A DNA stretch of 64,000 nt from Curvularia clavata. Its lineage: Eukaryota. Where the stretch lies: positions 2,852,001 to 2,916,000 of the forward strand of contig CP089279.1 of the NCBI GenBank assembly GCA_023920165.1, read 5' to 3'. This document shows, piece after piece, positions 1-12,463 of this stretch. Positions within the stretch are counted from its first letter, which is position 1, and each line of letters starts with the position of its first letter. The notes beneath the pieces are model-generated. The model made no database searches. It was not told where the DNA came from and saw only the letters and a program-made list of their open reading frames with translations. The position numbers and the translations under genes are program-made.

Positions 1-625
1 TGGAAATTTGGCTATTGCGAAGGCTGTCGAGGGCGAACGAGATATCGGCGGCTCGTGTGGCGACCGTTTGATTGATCTTATCATCGGGAATGTCGACACC
101 GGTGACAATGGTTCCGTTGGGATACTCAACGATATCGGCGTCATATGGGTGGTCGATGGAAATGACTAGATATCCGGAAGATGCGATGCTTTGCAGCATG
201 ACACTGTAGAGATATTTGCTAGTGCCTAGTGCAGGCGAGAAGAGAACCAGTGGTGGAGCTGGCGTGGAACAAGAATCTCGGCTCGTTGGCTTATTGCATA
301 CTTCCACCTGCAAAGATGGGAATGTTCCGTTGGGAAGGCCATAGACGGAGAACTTCTTATCCATGAAAGCGGCTGTTTGAGGAGGCATGTATGGTACGAC
401 TCCTTTGTTTTTGCAGTCCAGGACAGGGTAGAAGCTGGATACCATGATGGATCGGCTTCTTCCATCATTAATGTAGGGATCACGGCGATGTGTGTCCGTC
501 AAGAGAAGGGAGGTGCTTCCGATCGTGGTGTTGGCTTGCCCGACATGTTCGATAGTGATACTTGCTGCGGAGAGCGAAGGAAATGATAAAGTGAGAGCTA
601 GAAGTGCGGCGGCGGAAGCGTACAT
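1..625 (-). CDS. Secreted PAF-acetylhydrolase-like alpha/beta hydrolase, 5' part (runs off window start)
   Basis: Manual translation (absent from ORF track): MYASAAALLALTLSFPSLSAAS signal peptide, DTHRRDPY..RSIMVSSFYP, PLVLFSPALGTSKYLYSVMLQSIASSGYLVISIDHPYDADIVEYPNG, typical of fungal PAF-AH family. Confidence 0.85.
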   Translation of the reverse strand, partial: MYASAAALLALTLSFPSLSAASITIEHVGQANTTIGSTSLLLTDTHRRDPYINDGRSRSIMVSSFYPVLDCKNKGVVPYMPPQTAAFMDKKFSVYGLPNGTFPSLQVEVCNKPTSRDSCSTPAPPLVLFSPALGTSKYLYSVMLQSIASSGYLVISIDHPYDADIVEYPNGTIVTGVDIPDDKINQTVATRAADISFALDSLRNSQIS

Positions 626-1104
626 AATGAGTGGCTTAAGGAGAGTTTTGGATCAAGTTGAAAGATGAAGCCGATGGATGAAACAGTTCCGCTGTAGAGA
701 ATGGCGGCTTTATAGGAACCTTTCTCTATCCTCATCAAATATCACCGACGTTTAGCGGCTCTCTTTTGTTTCTATTTGGGGAAAAGTCTACAGCAGATCT
801 TGCTATGGGAAATGCTCATTCTTTGGCTCCAATCATTCCCCACACTATGCTACAGTCAAATCTTTCCAAGTCAGGAGCTGACTCGCGAAAGATCGGCCTG
901 AATGCGGTTAGTGCGCGTTCTAATATTACCGAATTTAGTAAGGTGCCTCATCAGCCACGACTCGGTGAGCAGAGTCATAAAGGACCGAAGTCTCCAGTGC
1001 GCTCTTTCATTCCCAAATTTGAACAGATTTCGTATTCCCGGTGAACAGCCACCTGACTCGCTTTCCCTACTACGTTGTTGCCACATTCTAAGCATTGGGG
1101 ACGA

Positions 1105-2562
1105 ATGGGGTCTAGCGTAGGCCCTTTCGACGGTCGCCGCGCAAGAAGAACGAGATGTGAAGCATGCGCAAGGCGGAAAATAAAGGTAAGTCAAGCGTCA
1201 TCTCTAAAACTTCATGCTGACATAGAATGAGTGTTGTGGTGGTGCTCCGTGTGACCATTGCAAGCGAACGCAGCAATCATGCGTCTTCTCAACCCGTCGT
1301 CCAGCGGGGCTGATCTTCGTTAAGCAGAGCCCCAAGGCTGAGCCAATCATGGAACTCGACCGCGACTTGGACTATTTCTTCGGCTCTTTTCTACCCATGA
1401 ATGCTTTTACCAAGAGCAATGCATCATGGCAGAATGAACTGCAACTTTTGCTGCACCAATCGCCCACGTTGAGTAATGCAGTCTCGGCCATTGCAGCACT
1501 TCATCGTTTTCAGCAGGAAAAGATGATGCTCAACACGAAGAAGGCCAGAAAAGACAAACTACAAGCTCTGCAATCCTACAGTGAGGCTGTGAAGCGGGTC
1601 CGGGTGGCCATCGCGTCGAACGCCTTAGCAAACCCTGCTGTGTTGTGGTCAACATTTCTGTTAGCATTGTTCGAGGTATATCGAGACTGGTATCGAATAG
1701 TCGCCATTGTACTAAATCTTTGCAGTTGATGCGTGACAGCACTGGCATGGATTGGCTCTCACATTTCCTTAACGGTACATGTGCAATCCTTCGTTTGCAG
1801 CACCCGTCAGATTTACTGCTGGCGAACTCGGGTGCTAACCACAGGCGCAACTTCTTTTTCACAGCTCGCATCTTTGAGATTGCACGGGCATTGATATATT
1901 CACAGCCCACGTTTCTATGCGGGTCTGATTGGAGCAATGCGCTGTCGCAATGGTGGAACTCCGAAGAGGGTCGGAAGTTGTGGCATCCGAAGGAGGCCTT
2001 GTTCGATATGCTGCCACACATCTGTGATTTAAGTTTACGCACCCTGCGCTTCGCTCACACCAAGCCGCCATTGCCGCAGTCGGAAATTGATCTAGCAGAG
2101 GCTCAGAGGCTTGGTGAAGAGGGCATCGTAATGCAGCAATGGCTGCAGCAATGGTGGAAATCTGCCGAAGCGTGGGAAAGAGATACTTCCAGAGTTGATG
2201 GTGATCTTTTGGTTGCAAAGAGCTATTACCATGCGATCAGTATCTACCTTTCAGGCTCTTACGATTACCACAGTCATTGGAGCAGACCTGGTGCACCGCA
2301 GGCTCCAATACTGGACCGACCAACCATTGAAGGCCACATGCACGAAATCCTTCGACTGAGCCAAAAGTTGCTTGATCATGGCTTCGCCGGCCTCTTGCTT
2401 TTTATTCCACTTCGCATCGCAGGAGCGCGCGTTGCTGATACAAATGATCGAGACGTTATCCTGCAAATGTTCCTCACTATATCCCAACGAGGATACGCTG
2501 TTGCCGATGCAATTCGTAGCGACCTTGTTGAACTGTGGGCAGAAATGAATAGTAAAAATTGA
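1105..2562 (+). CDS. Zn(II)2Cys6 transcription factor with Fungal_trans_2-like C-terminal domain (2 introns)
   Basis: MGSSVGPFDGRRARRTRCEACARRKIK / intron GTAAGT near 1186 / CCGGAPCDHCKRTQQSC gives the six-Cys cluster; ORFs 1349-1729 and 1645-2562 joined by an intron at ~1676-1725. Confidence 0.85.
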
Positions 2563-2844
2563 ACATGTCTTTAGAACTTCTCGACATAAATCATGAGTCC
2601 TTGGACCAAAGTCTTCACGTTTCTTTCACAAAGGCTGCATTGTCTTGATGTAAAATCTCTTAGCTGCCAATGTTTTTAGTCTTAGTTTGCTTGAGCTAAC
2701 TGACACTGTACTCCATGTTCCACTAGCACACCTAACCAGATCATCGCTGGGGCTTCTCCGCTAAGAACTCCCATTCGTCTACTTCTTATTCTGCACGTAA
2801 AACCTCTATTGACTGAAATGTCCCTGAAACATCTCCTGTACCTC

Positions 2845-4971
2845 TTAGTACGTGCGCTTTACAGGTGCCACGCTTGCTGCTTCGCTCTCGTCCAACGTGC
2901 TCATAATCACTGGCCTTGTACCAAACTGCACCGGCGCACTCACGCTGTTTTGCCAGGTAAGACTGTGCTTCATCCATCTTGCATCATCTCTCTCCCGGAA
3001 GTCGTCACGGGCATGCGCGCCTCGACTTTCGGTCCGCATTAGTGCGGCAGTACTCGTCTGCGCCGCGTTCGTGAGTAGATTCCGCAGCTCTAACGTCTCG
3101 ATGAGGTCGGAGTTCCAGATTAGTGATTTATCCGTCACACAAACGTCCGTGGCGAATTGTTTCTCGAGTCCTTGGAGTTGCGCGTTGCCTTTGGCGAGGG
3201 TATCGTGGGTGCGAAAGACGGCTGTGGTGGATTGCATGGCTGATTGCATTTGGTTTCTCAGAACGGAGGTCGGAGTTCTTCCGTTGGCCTCAGTGAGAAA
3301 AGTGGTCAGTTCATTGAAAGAATCAAGGCCAATATTGCTCGGCAGTGAGTTACGCGTTCCTGAGTGAGAGTGGTTCGATGAGATGTGAAGTGCAGCGGCT
3401 CGGCCCTGGGCGGATTAGTTAGTATACACCGGCATTAGGGTAACGGAGTAAACTCACAAAGACAACAATATCGAGGAGAGAGTTTGCGCCCAATCGGTTC
3501 GCGCCGTGGACGCTCACGCAAGCTGCTTCGCCTGCTGCATACAGGCCCTGTACGATGCTTTCCTTACCGGTTTGTTGGTCCACATCCAAGACTTGTCCGT
3601 GATAGTTTGTCGGAATTCCACCCATGCAATAATGAACCGTTGGAAGCACGGGGATTGGCTCTCTCGTGATATCAATACCAGCGAAAATTCCTGCTGTTTC
3701 TGCAATACCCGGTAAACGTTCCAAGATGACATCCTTTGGCAGATGCGAGAGCTGGAGATGGATATGGTCCCTTTGTGGCCCGCAACCACGGCCTTCGAGA
3801 ATCTCCATATTCATGCTGCGACTGACTACATCACGCGACGCAAGATCTTTGGCAGTGGGAGCGTATCGCTCCATGAAGCGTTCGCCTTGAGAGTTGAGGA
3901 GATAGCCGCCTTCGCCTCGAGCGCCCTCTGTGATCAAAACCTGCCGAGCAATTTAGTGGATTGTGAATATTACCAAGGAGGGTTGATACGTACCCCTGCC
4001 CCGTAGATTCCAGACGGGTGGAATTGCACAAACTCCATATCCTGTAGAGGCAAACCAGCTCTGGAGACCATAGCGCTACCATCGCCAGTACTTGTGTGTG
4101 CGCTTGTGGCGCTAAAGTATGCTCGCCCGTAGCCTGAAGTCGCCATTAGCATGCAAGACACGAGCAAGCTTCAAGGTGAAGAAGGAGACGGCATACCTCC
4201 CGTCGCCAATACGGTGTTCTTAGCAAACATCCTATGGCACGTTCCGTCTTCCATGTTCATCGCCGTGACGCCTACGCATACGCCGTCATTCATCATCAAA
4301 TCAAGCGCAAACCACTCAATAAAGAACTGCACTCCCTCCTTCAGACTTTGTCCATAAAGCGTATGAAGCATGGCATGGCCTGTACGATCTGCTGCACATG
4401 CAGTACGATAAGCCTGTCCACCTTTTCCATATCTAAGGCTTTGGCCACCCAAAGCTCTCTGGTAGATGGTTCCCTCGCTCGTCCGGCTAAAGGGCATGCC
4501 GTAGTTTTCCAACTCCACAACGGCGGGAACGGCTTCACGAGTCATGTAATGTATGGCATCTTGGTCGCCTAGCCAGTCTGAGCCTTTGACTGTATCGTAA
4601 AAGTGCCATCGCCAGTCGTCTTCGGTCATGTTTCCGAGAGCAGCATTGATACCTCCTTGGGCAGCGACGGTGTGCGAGCGAGTAGGGAAGAGCTTTGATA
4701 CACATGCGGTTTTCAGCCCGGCTTCTGTGAGGCCCAGAGCTGCGCGTAGACCTGCTCCTCCTGCCCCGACGACAATTGCACTTTGCAGTCATTAATATCG
4801 CGATGGGGATTGAAGCAAGACAGTAGCCACGTACTCGTAGTGGTGATCAATAACTGTGATATTCTTGGCACCTGGTCCACCCAAAGAAGCCAAACACCTT
4901 CGCTGCGTTCGGAAAGGACACTTTGGGTGTTGAGAATGGAAACGCTGGGCAGCGCGCAGAAACGCCCGCAT
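2845..4971 (-). CDS. SDH1: Succinate dehydrogenase flavoprotein subunit, divergent Sdh1/SdhA-type (4 introns)
   Basis: Arg-rich mitochondrial presequence, [22 protein letters not shown] (FAD-His), [43 protein letters not shown], ends KRTY. Confidence 0.95.
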
Positions 4972-5665
4972 CGTGAAAGAGAAGAGATGGAGGTTCAACA
5001 CATTGAGGAATAAAGCTTAAGAAAGACCAATGAGCGATATACATGCATACATGATAGTCGGAAGCACTAGCTCATCTTAATCCGTCCGGAATACCCCTCC
5101 AGGCGTCAAGTTGATCCTCGGTTGCATCCTGTAAGATTGGGGTCGCGGGACTATAGCACGAATAAGAAGGCTTTTGAAGAAGCATTTTAAACACGTTGAG
5201 GTGAATCAGAGCGAGGGAGACAGTCTAAGAACAGTGAGTCAAGATGAGAATCATTGATATTCTTGATTTGAAAGATGGTAGTGCACAATGAATTTCCACA
5301 TGGCGATGTTTGCGGGGTAACGATGGGATGATAACTGGGGATAGACACGGAATGACTCGCGTAATTACCGAAGGTTATTACCGTCAACCAATTGGAAATA
5401 AAGCAATTGCAATCCTCAAAAGACCGAGATGCATGAGTCGGCTACTTGCTGTGGGTTCTTTTCATCATCCATCTAGTTGGCACCAGTTCACATCACAATA
5501 TACAAGACGGAAACGAACAAGAAAGCGCAAAAATTGAAAGACATGAGATAATTGAAATACAGATATGCGTGATGATGAATCACGTGACAAGACCTCATCT
5601 ATACTCGTACTCTAACGTTCGCTGCTCGCATGTATACTTACCGCACTCAAGCTGCTCAGTAACCC

Positions 5666-6103
5666 TCACTTGCGGATCCTCCACAGAAGCGAGTTCTCAG
5701 CCTTTTTGGCCGCCTCACTAGAAAGCTCTACTTCAACCTCGACCGTTGTCTCATCGAGCCTACCAATGGGCGCGGCACGAACAGGGGGATTCATGGATCG
5801 TCTGAACAGGCTAGGAGACAGTAGCCAAGGCGATGTAGGCTCGGATCGCAGGGGTGGAAGGGAGTGGGTATCCAGACTTGGGCGTGCGGGCTTGCACTTG
5901 GACGAATCTGCGGGCATCTTGATGGCTGTTTCGTGAGTACAGACGGGATCTAAGGGAGACTGGGATTGAGGGGTGATGGACTTGGGTGGGGCAGAGGTTG
6001 ATACTGAAGGTTTAGACGGTGCAGTGGCCTGTTCGCCTACCTGACCGGAGGCAGCGTTGACATCGTTCTGGGTGGACTGAGAAGAAGAGTCCAGGGGAGC
6101 CAT
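5666..6103 (-). CDS. Hypothetical Ser/Pro-rich protein
   Basis: 145-aa ORF with good start context (caacATGG); no recognised domain. Confidence 0.4.
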   Translation of the reverse strand: MAPLDSSSQSTQNDVNAASGQVGEQATAPSKPSVSTSAPPKSITPQSQSPLDPVCTHETAIKMPADSSKCKPARPSLDTHSLPPLRSEPTSPWLLSPSLFRRSMNPPVRAAPIGRLDETTVEVEVELSSEAAKKAENSLLWRIRK

Positions 6104-6537
6104 GTTGCCTCGGCCTTACGAGAGTGCAGTGTTTGAGTTTAAGCGGTGGAGAAGCTGGTCAGTTGTTTTTGGAATATGTCAGAGGTTTGTTGTTGGATAC
6201 AAAACCATAGCGAGGGAACGTTTGAGGGGTGTATATCAGGGTAACGAAATGCATTGTACACGATCATTGACAATGCTAGTGATTTGGCAGGTCTGAACAG
6301 CGCATTGCTGGTAAGAAGAGAAGTATATTCACAGTGTGGGGTGGTAAGCCAGCTAAGCAGGTCTCCTTGTATATACAATGCTCAGCTCCAAGCTGCAAAA
6401 CGCCGATAACCATGCATCCTTTGCAGCCGCTATGCAGTAAACGTTCAATCATATACAGTCGTGTATTTTGGTAAAGTGTCGTGTCCATACGTAAGGGAAC
6501 CGGTAACGCCGGGGATTCTGAATTTTGCTTGACATGG

Positions 6538-7170
6538 TCATCGTTGCATATACATGCCAGTAGTGGCCATGACATGACCATAACGCTCGTTGGCATGCCA
6601 GAGGTACTTGAGAAAGACGATTGCTTTTAGGTAGGCCTTCATGATGCGGCGCCTTCGAATCCGGTCAGCCTCCAAGATTTTGCGGAGGGCTCTGGAAACA
6701 GCGAGCGACGAAGCTGCTCTCCGGGAAGGCGGTTGGATGATTGCGGGCCATGAGGTAGCCCGGGTGAGAGCAGGTGGACTTGCAATGGATGCCTCTGGTA
6801 AGAAAGCGTCTGGTGTCTCTGGAACGTCGTTGAGTGAGGCCGGGCGGTGTCTAGCGTCGAGAGAGTCGTACTCGAAGACTTCTGGAATGCTTCCTAGAGT
6901 GGGTGCAAAGGTCGAACAGCGGGGAGAGTCGGCATGGTGAGACATTCCAGTTGAGCTAGGCTTCGGTGATGGTTGTTTCCCTTTCCGTGGTGTGGGTTGT
7001 GGTGAGGGACGCGAAGGTTGCTGTTTAGGGTTGCGCTGGGAAAGTGGTATCGAGGCAGGGGTAGTAGTAGACCAAAAAGGAACCGAAAGTCGCTTAGAAA
7101 GGGCGGCGGTTTGTTTTGCTGACCCGGGAGCCAGAAGAGAGTCGCATGACGGTGCGGAAAACAGGAGCAT
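6538..7170 (-). CDS. Hypothetical Pro/Ser-rich protein with basic helical C-terminus
   Basis: 210-aa ORF; disordered N-terminus, then LRKILEADRIRRRRIMKAYLKAIVFLKYLW; no family recognised. Confidence 0.45.
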   Translation of the reverse strand: MLLFSAPSCDSLLAPGSAKQTAALSKRLSVPFWSTTTPASIPLSQRNPKQQPSRPSPQPTPRKGKQPSPKPSSTGMSHHADSPRCSTFAPTLGSIPEVFEYDSLDARHRPASLNDVPETPDAFLPEASIASPPALTRATSWPAIIQPPSRRAASSLAVSRALRKILEADRIRRRRIMKAYLKAIVFLKYLWHANERYGHVMATTGMYMQR

Positions 7171-8139
7171 GTCGAACAGCTGTCACCAGCAGAGGGTCCT
7201 TGAATGCCGGGCTGAAGGCAGGTCAGACTAGAGGGATGTGTGTGTGTGAGGGTCGAGAAAAGAAAGCAAAGAAGCGAGGGGCCAGGCTAGAATATCAAGG
7301 TTAGCATCACACACACACGAACCAGGTGCGTAAAGATGAAATTAGACATCCCAGGGTTTGCAGGCGGCCGGATCCACTAGACATGGGGATCCAACGCCTG
7401 GAGCAGAGTGGATGACGGTGGTTGTGTGGACGCGGACGGCTGCCTGCCTGCCTTTGAGACGATGCCGTCGTCAGGCCACTCGGGGGCCGGTCACACGAGC
7501 TTGCAGGGAGCGGCTGGCAAAGATTGGGGATGCTCGGGAGATGGACACTGGCTGGCTGGCTGCGTATGGGGTTGCGATGGGGAACAAAGGCATGACGTCG
7601 CAAAGCAAAAGTTTTGGATCGAGAGATCGAGAACGCGCCAGGCGTTGGGCTGCAGAGGGCGGCCAGCCAATGGGAGGGCACGTGTTCCTTCACGCCCCAC
7701 TCTGCCGCACACCACCACCGAGCACCATCACCACCTGGCCGAGGGTGATACGCTGCCTACGCCTTGCTTGTACAGTACACATACATGCACGCCCCAGCGT
7801 GCGTCATCGGGCAGTAACCGTCGCCCATGGCCGTGTCGTGTCCCAGCCCAGTTTGCTCGGCCCCGCGGCCTGCCCGTGTGCCTGAAGCCATGCAGCAGCC
7901 ATATTACTCCAGGCTTGCATCCAATCCAACAACAACGACATGGTCCTGTCGTGTAACCATGTGCCTGTGCCGCTGGGCCATAGCCTGCCAAACACCTCCC
8001 CGTCTGCGTCTCCTTGTGTCCTTTTCTCCAGCTCACTCCGGCCCTCTCACGCCTATACGACTCGTCTGCATAGTCTCCCAAGCATCCTTCTCGCTCGCAA
8101 CATTCACTCTAGCTGCCTGTAGCTAGTCATCGGCTCGGC

Positions 8140-9211
8140 ATGGCCTACACCACCAAGCAGATTGTCACATGCTTTAGTGTGCTGGTAAGACGGCCACACT
8201 GCCACGCACACACTCCATCCACGTGTTCTCCAGATTACAGTGCTAATCCGGCCCCACAGTACCTCGTTATTGCGACTGCCCTCGCTGGGTAATATCTGCA
8301 CTTCGCAACTAGTTTGGCGCTAATACTTTCCAGCTACGCTGCTTCCCGTGCGAACGCCCGTTCCGTTCCAATCCCACAATCTTTGGCCGGCTTCACTGCG
8401 GTGCTTCCCTTTGTGTCTGGTGTGCTGCTTGAAGCGGGCTATGATCTTACTCGTCGCCAGGAGCGCCGTCGCCGTCTAGGGCGCGGGCAAAACCAGCGCC
8501 CCCCGCTCGTTATCATCGCAAACACCCTCATCCTCATCTGCTCGACTGTCATCATTACTCTATCAGGTACCCATGTCGCTCCTGCTTCAGCCCTGGACTG
8601 TGGATTGAAAGAGCACTGGCAAAACCTGTTCAAACACAAAGATGCGGGTGCTATCCGTCAAATCCAGGACGCCTTCAACTGCTGTGGCCTGATCAATTCA
8701 CGTGACATGGCTTGGCCCTTTCCCGACCGCACCCATGATTCGCACGCATGTGAAGCCACGTACCGTGGTAGGACCAGCGGATGTCTAGCCGCGTGGAAAG
8801 CTGAGGAGCAGAAAATTGCCGGTTTGCTCATGACTGTCGTTGGAATGGTCTTCATCTGGCAGGTGAGTGGCGAAAAAAACAAGCATCCAGAGAAGGCATC
8901 ATACTGACATTTCCCGGCAGTTCGCCATCATCGCCATACCTACCCAAAGAGACTCGTGGCTTCACAGAATGATTCCGGATCGTGTTTCGCGCATTATTGC
9001 TGGCGAAGGACACGGGGAGACTGACCCACGACGTGCCATTGACTATGTTCCTAGCCGCTACTCGGACCGAATCGAGGAGGAGGCTGAAGAAGATGCAGAG
9101 GCACGTGGAACCGCAATCGAAGCTGGCAATCACCGCACCGACCATGTTTTCCCTGCTCATCTTGGACGCGACCACCAACCATCAGTGGAAAACGAGTGGT
9201 CAAGGGGATGA
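8140..9211 (+). CDS. Fungal tetraspanin, Tsp3-like (3 introns)
   Basis: Exons MAYTTKQIVTCFSVL / YLVIATALAG / YAASRANA..; four hydrophobic segments, IQDAFNCCG large-loop motif, GC before last TM, hydrophilic tail. Confidence 0.8.
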
Positions 9212-10582
9212 TCTGAATGTGTGATATCTTTCGTCACATGAGATGCCCAAAGGTGACTTCAATCCCAGATACGAAGACCAGGCAACGACTTTGCGCAGAA
9301 TCCCCACTGATACTTCGACCACTGGTGCTGCTTTACATGGCCAGGCACGCACAAATACCTGCAAACAAGACAGGCTTTTCGGTTAACGTTCTCCTGATGC
9401 TCCACTAGATATGGATGTATCTGCTTGAGTCTTTTTGAAAAAGATAAAATCATGAAATAGAAAAAGTTGAGCAATACACCAGAAAGCATAGCTCCATGTT
9501 CCAACCGTGCCTCTGAATCATGAATCTACCCTTGGCTTTATCCGGGGAAGTTGTGTCCAAAGTTTTGATAGTCTCAAAACGTCAATTCGCACATTTTCTT
9601 TACCTTCTCCCTCACATATCGATCAAGTTTCGACAAGTCGTTCAAACCATCAAAGTCTCAAGTAACAGGCTTTAGTGTGCATCTGCCTGAAAATACACAC
9701 AGCCACGCTCATCTGTACAAGGTGGCAGCGATGATCAATAGCGGTGAGTCCAACCAGGACGTTATCACTTCAATTCGGATACAAAAAATTTGGTTTGGCA
9801 CTATGTGAAGACACCAATCACAACTGCTACTTTGGTACCTATACCGTTCCTGGAGATTGTATGATGATCGTGAATCCTCGCCCCACCGTGATGATTTACC
9901 CCTGTATGAAGGCATTCCATACAGAAATGGCGTTGAAACATGAGGAAGAAGATCGTCTATCTGTGGAAGGTCAAAATGGCAGATGGCTGGTACGTGAAAG
10001 CAAACAGGTTGCTGAAGCCAGGCAAAGGTCCTGCTGAGGGCAAAGAGCTTACTGAAAGCATATACTGTTGAAGTGAAGGGTTCACTTAAAAGAAAGAGGC
10101 CTATCAAAGCAAGTAGCTTGGCCAGCCCAAAAAAAGCAAAGCCAAGGAAAGTCAAGGACAAGAGGAGGAAATAGCGGAAGAGAACATTAGTCAAGGGACC
10201 AGGGCTTCCTACGAATTAATTTACATTTATGCCCTTATACAAACCATTCCTATACCGCGATGCAGTCAAGTGGCTGTGCTGTGTAAGGCCGCCACAGGTG
10301 GATTCGAGCATTCCAGGGGGTAAAACACCAACACCGACATAGGACCGATGAGGCCTCCCACGCCAACCCACAGCCTGTGGCAGTGAAGGTCGTCTACAAC
10401 AAAATGTCTAATTTAATGAGATACCCACCATACACCCGTGGTGTGAGACTTATTGTAAGTATTTGCCTAATAGAGATAGTCCCGCCTCGCTATCCTTGTC
10501 AATAACATGTTCACGGTTGTTGGTAACGGAACTGTGCGATACTTAGCCACACTTGAAAAAGAAGGGATCTGTACTTGAACGA

Positions 10583-10590
10583 TATATAAA
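10583..10590 (+). promoter_or_regulatory. TATA box upstream of the secreted Cys-rich gene
   Basis: TATATAAA about 75 nt before ATG 10663. Confidence 0.55.
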
Positions 10591-10662
10591 TCAGCAGTTG
10601 TTTCTCTAAAGCATGTTTCATTACTACAGTCAGCATCATTGATTCACTATCTCCCTTTCATC

Positions 10663-11703
10663 ATGAAGCAGTCTCAAGTTTTCAATTCTGCGCTTGTCGC
10701 ACTTGCTTCCTATGTCCGCTTGAGCTTCGCGGATGACACCTCTAACGAAAACATCGCCCTGCTAGACTGCGGTTTCGACAAGATTGCAGGCCACCCAGAC
10801 TGGGCGAGCTCCTTCGCCGCCAATTACTATGCCGGCGACATCTGGCAGGACGCCGAAGAGACCAAAGTCAACCCGCCTACTGGCACTGCCGTCGTATCAG
10901 CAGCAGACGGTGCTTATCCCTGGCGTGAAGAAGGCACTACCTTCAAGCTCCTGACCACCGACATTACCGTGACAATCCACCCAGCTGTCAACGACCCGAG
11001 CCCCGCCGGCCTACTCACACGCTCCGAATTCGGCGACAAATGGAACTGCTTCGCATACCACAAGACGATACCTGGCGAGTGCCGCATTACCTACGTCTGC
11101 AACAAAAAGGACCACCCACACCCCGCCGCACGCGACAAGATAGCCGTAAAGTTCTCCATCACCAAGGACTTTGCCAAGCTCTCCGGCAACATCAACCCAG
11201 CAGACGTCTACGGCAAGATCCACTACGGAGACAACGGCATGTGCGACGAGTCATGGACTGAGGTTCCCGGCGGCTGCAAGATCAAGTTCCGATGCCACGG
11301 TAACAAAAAGGGCACTACGCCTGCCATGGCCAAGGCACTCAAGGACATTGGCAACGGATTTCCCGACATGATCAAGCACGAGAACGTCAACGAACGCACA
11401 TGGGACCCCTGCAAGAGCGGCAGAGATACCTGCATTGGCGGCTACGTCGACAAATACGTCGATTACACGTGGGTGCCGCAGACGCTCAGTATCGTTGTTT
11501 CCGACGCAAACGATGCCGATCAGGGAGAGCTCAGCTACGAGATGGACTGCTCGAGTGGCCCGCAGTGCGACATGTGCACTAGTATGAAGTGGGGAGCTAA
11601 CTTTGCCGCCTGGGTTGCAGGCGTCATTGCGCCTGAGCTTGGTTTTGCGGGAAATCTCCTTGCTCAGTCTGTGTCTGGCAGTTGTCTGGCAAATGGATGC
11701 TAG
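10663..11703 (+). CDS. Secreted cysteine-rich protein of unknown function (effector/toxin candidate)
   Basis: Intronless ORF from ATG 10663, signal-like MKQSQVFNSALVALASYVRLSFA, 14 Cys, strong C-ending codon bias, hydrophobic Cys-flanked C-terminus. Confidence 0.85.
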   Translation: MKQSQVFNSALVALASYVRLSFADDTSNENIALLDCGFDKIAGHPDWASSFAANYYAGDIWQDAEETKVNPPTGTAVVSAADGAYPWREEGTTFKLLTTDITVTIHPAVNDPSPAGLLTRSEFGDKWNCFAYHKTIPGECRITYVCNKKDHPHPAARDKIAVKFSITKDFAKLSGNINPADVYGKIHYGDNGMCDESWTEVPGGCKIKFRCHGNKKGTTPAMAKALKDIGNGFPDMIKHENVNERTWDPCKSGRDTCIGGYVDKYVDYTWVPQTLSIVVSDANDADQGELSYEMDCSSGPQCDMCTSMKWGANFAAWVAGVIAPELGFAGNLLAQSVSGSCLANGC

Positions 11704-12463
11704 AGCGGAGGAAATGGCTCGTGAATAAATTCTTCTTTTTTTTTTTCCCTTTGCGATTCTACTTTATTAGACACTTTTCTTTTCTCTAGAAGTCTCTCTT
11801 CTAGCTTGTACAGATGTGCTGGTGATGTAGTTAGGAGACAGACTTATATTGCTTATAGAGTAAACGTTATTCCTTTTTTGATCTTGGCATCAGATATAGA
11901 GTATGTGACAGGTATCATATGTGCCACACTAGCAACAGTATGATTCAACCTGTAAGTGCATCCCTTGCTTGCTTGCTTGCTTGCTCGCTCGCGTAAACTG
12001 CCGCCATCACAGAGCTCCGTAGAGCAAGATAGTCTGAAATCCATGGTCCACAATTGGATACTTTCGAGCCTTTATTCCGGGAGTGGCAGCAGCTATCTAA
12101 GCCGCCGCCCACTCCTTACGACAAGCGCAGTGCGGAACAACTACCAAACAATCTTACTCATTTCAAGCCCATGATCCATCACAGCAGGGTTCTTGGAACA
12201 GAACTCTACAATGCGTTTGTAGAGATTACGCAGCCAAAACTTGTTCTCTTTTTTTTTTCCATAATTTGCTAGTTCATTTCCCTTGCCACCCATCCATCTA
12301 ATCCATGTCCATAAAACTTTTCGTTAAAGTGCGCTGCGGAACATCCGCCAGCAAGTGAATAATGCAGATAATACCCAAGGCTAAGCGCAGTAAAACGCCA
12401 GACGCTGAAGATGCAGCAGAGAATGAAGACGTCGATCCAACACTGTACACATCGGTATTCAGT

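Noticed and set aside
7300..8130. Cluster of overlapping 100-180 aa ORFs
   Set aside because: GC-rich intergenic/promoter DNA between divergent genes; no frame looks coding
9700..10200. Opposing ORFs 9709-10194 (-) and 9744-10037 (+)
   Set aside because: Non-ATG starts and no family motif; may be a relic but cannot be supported
11965..11992. (GCTT)n microsatellite, plus (TG)n near 7237 and poly-T near 11735
   Set aside because: Ordinary short simple repeats
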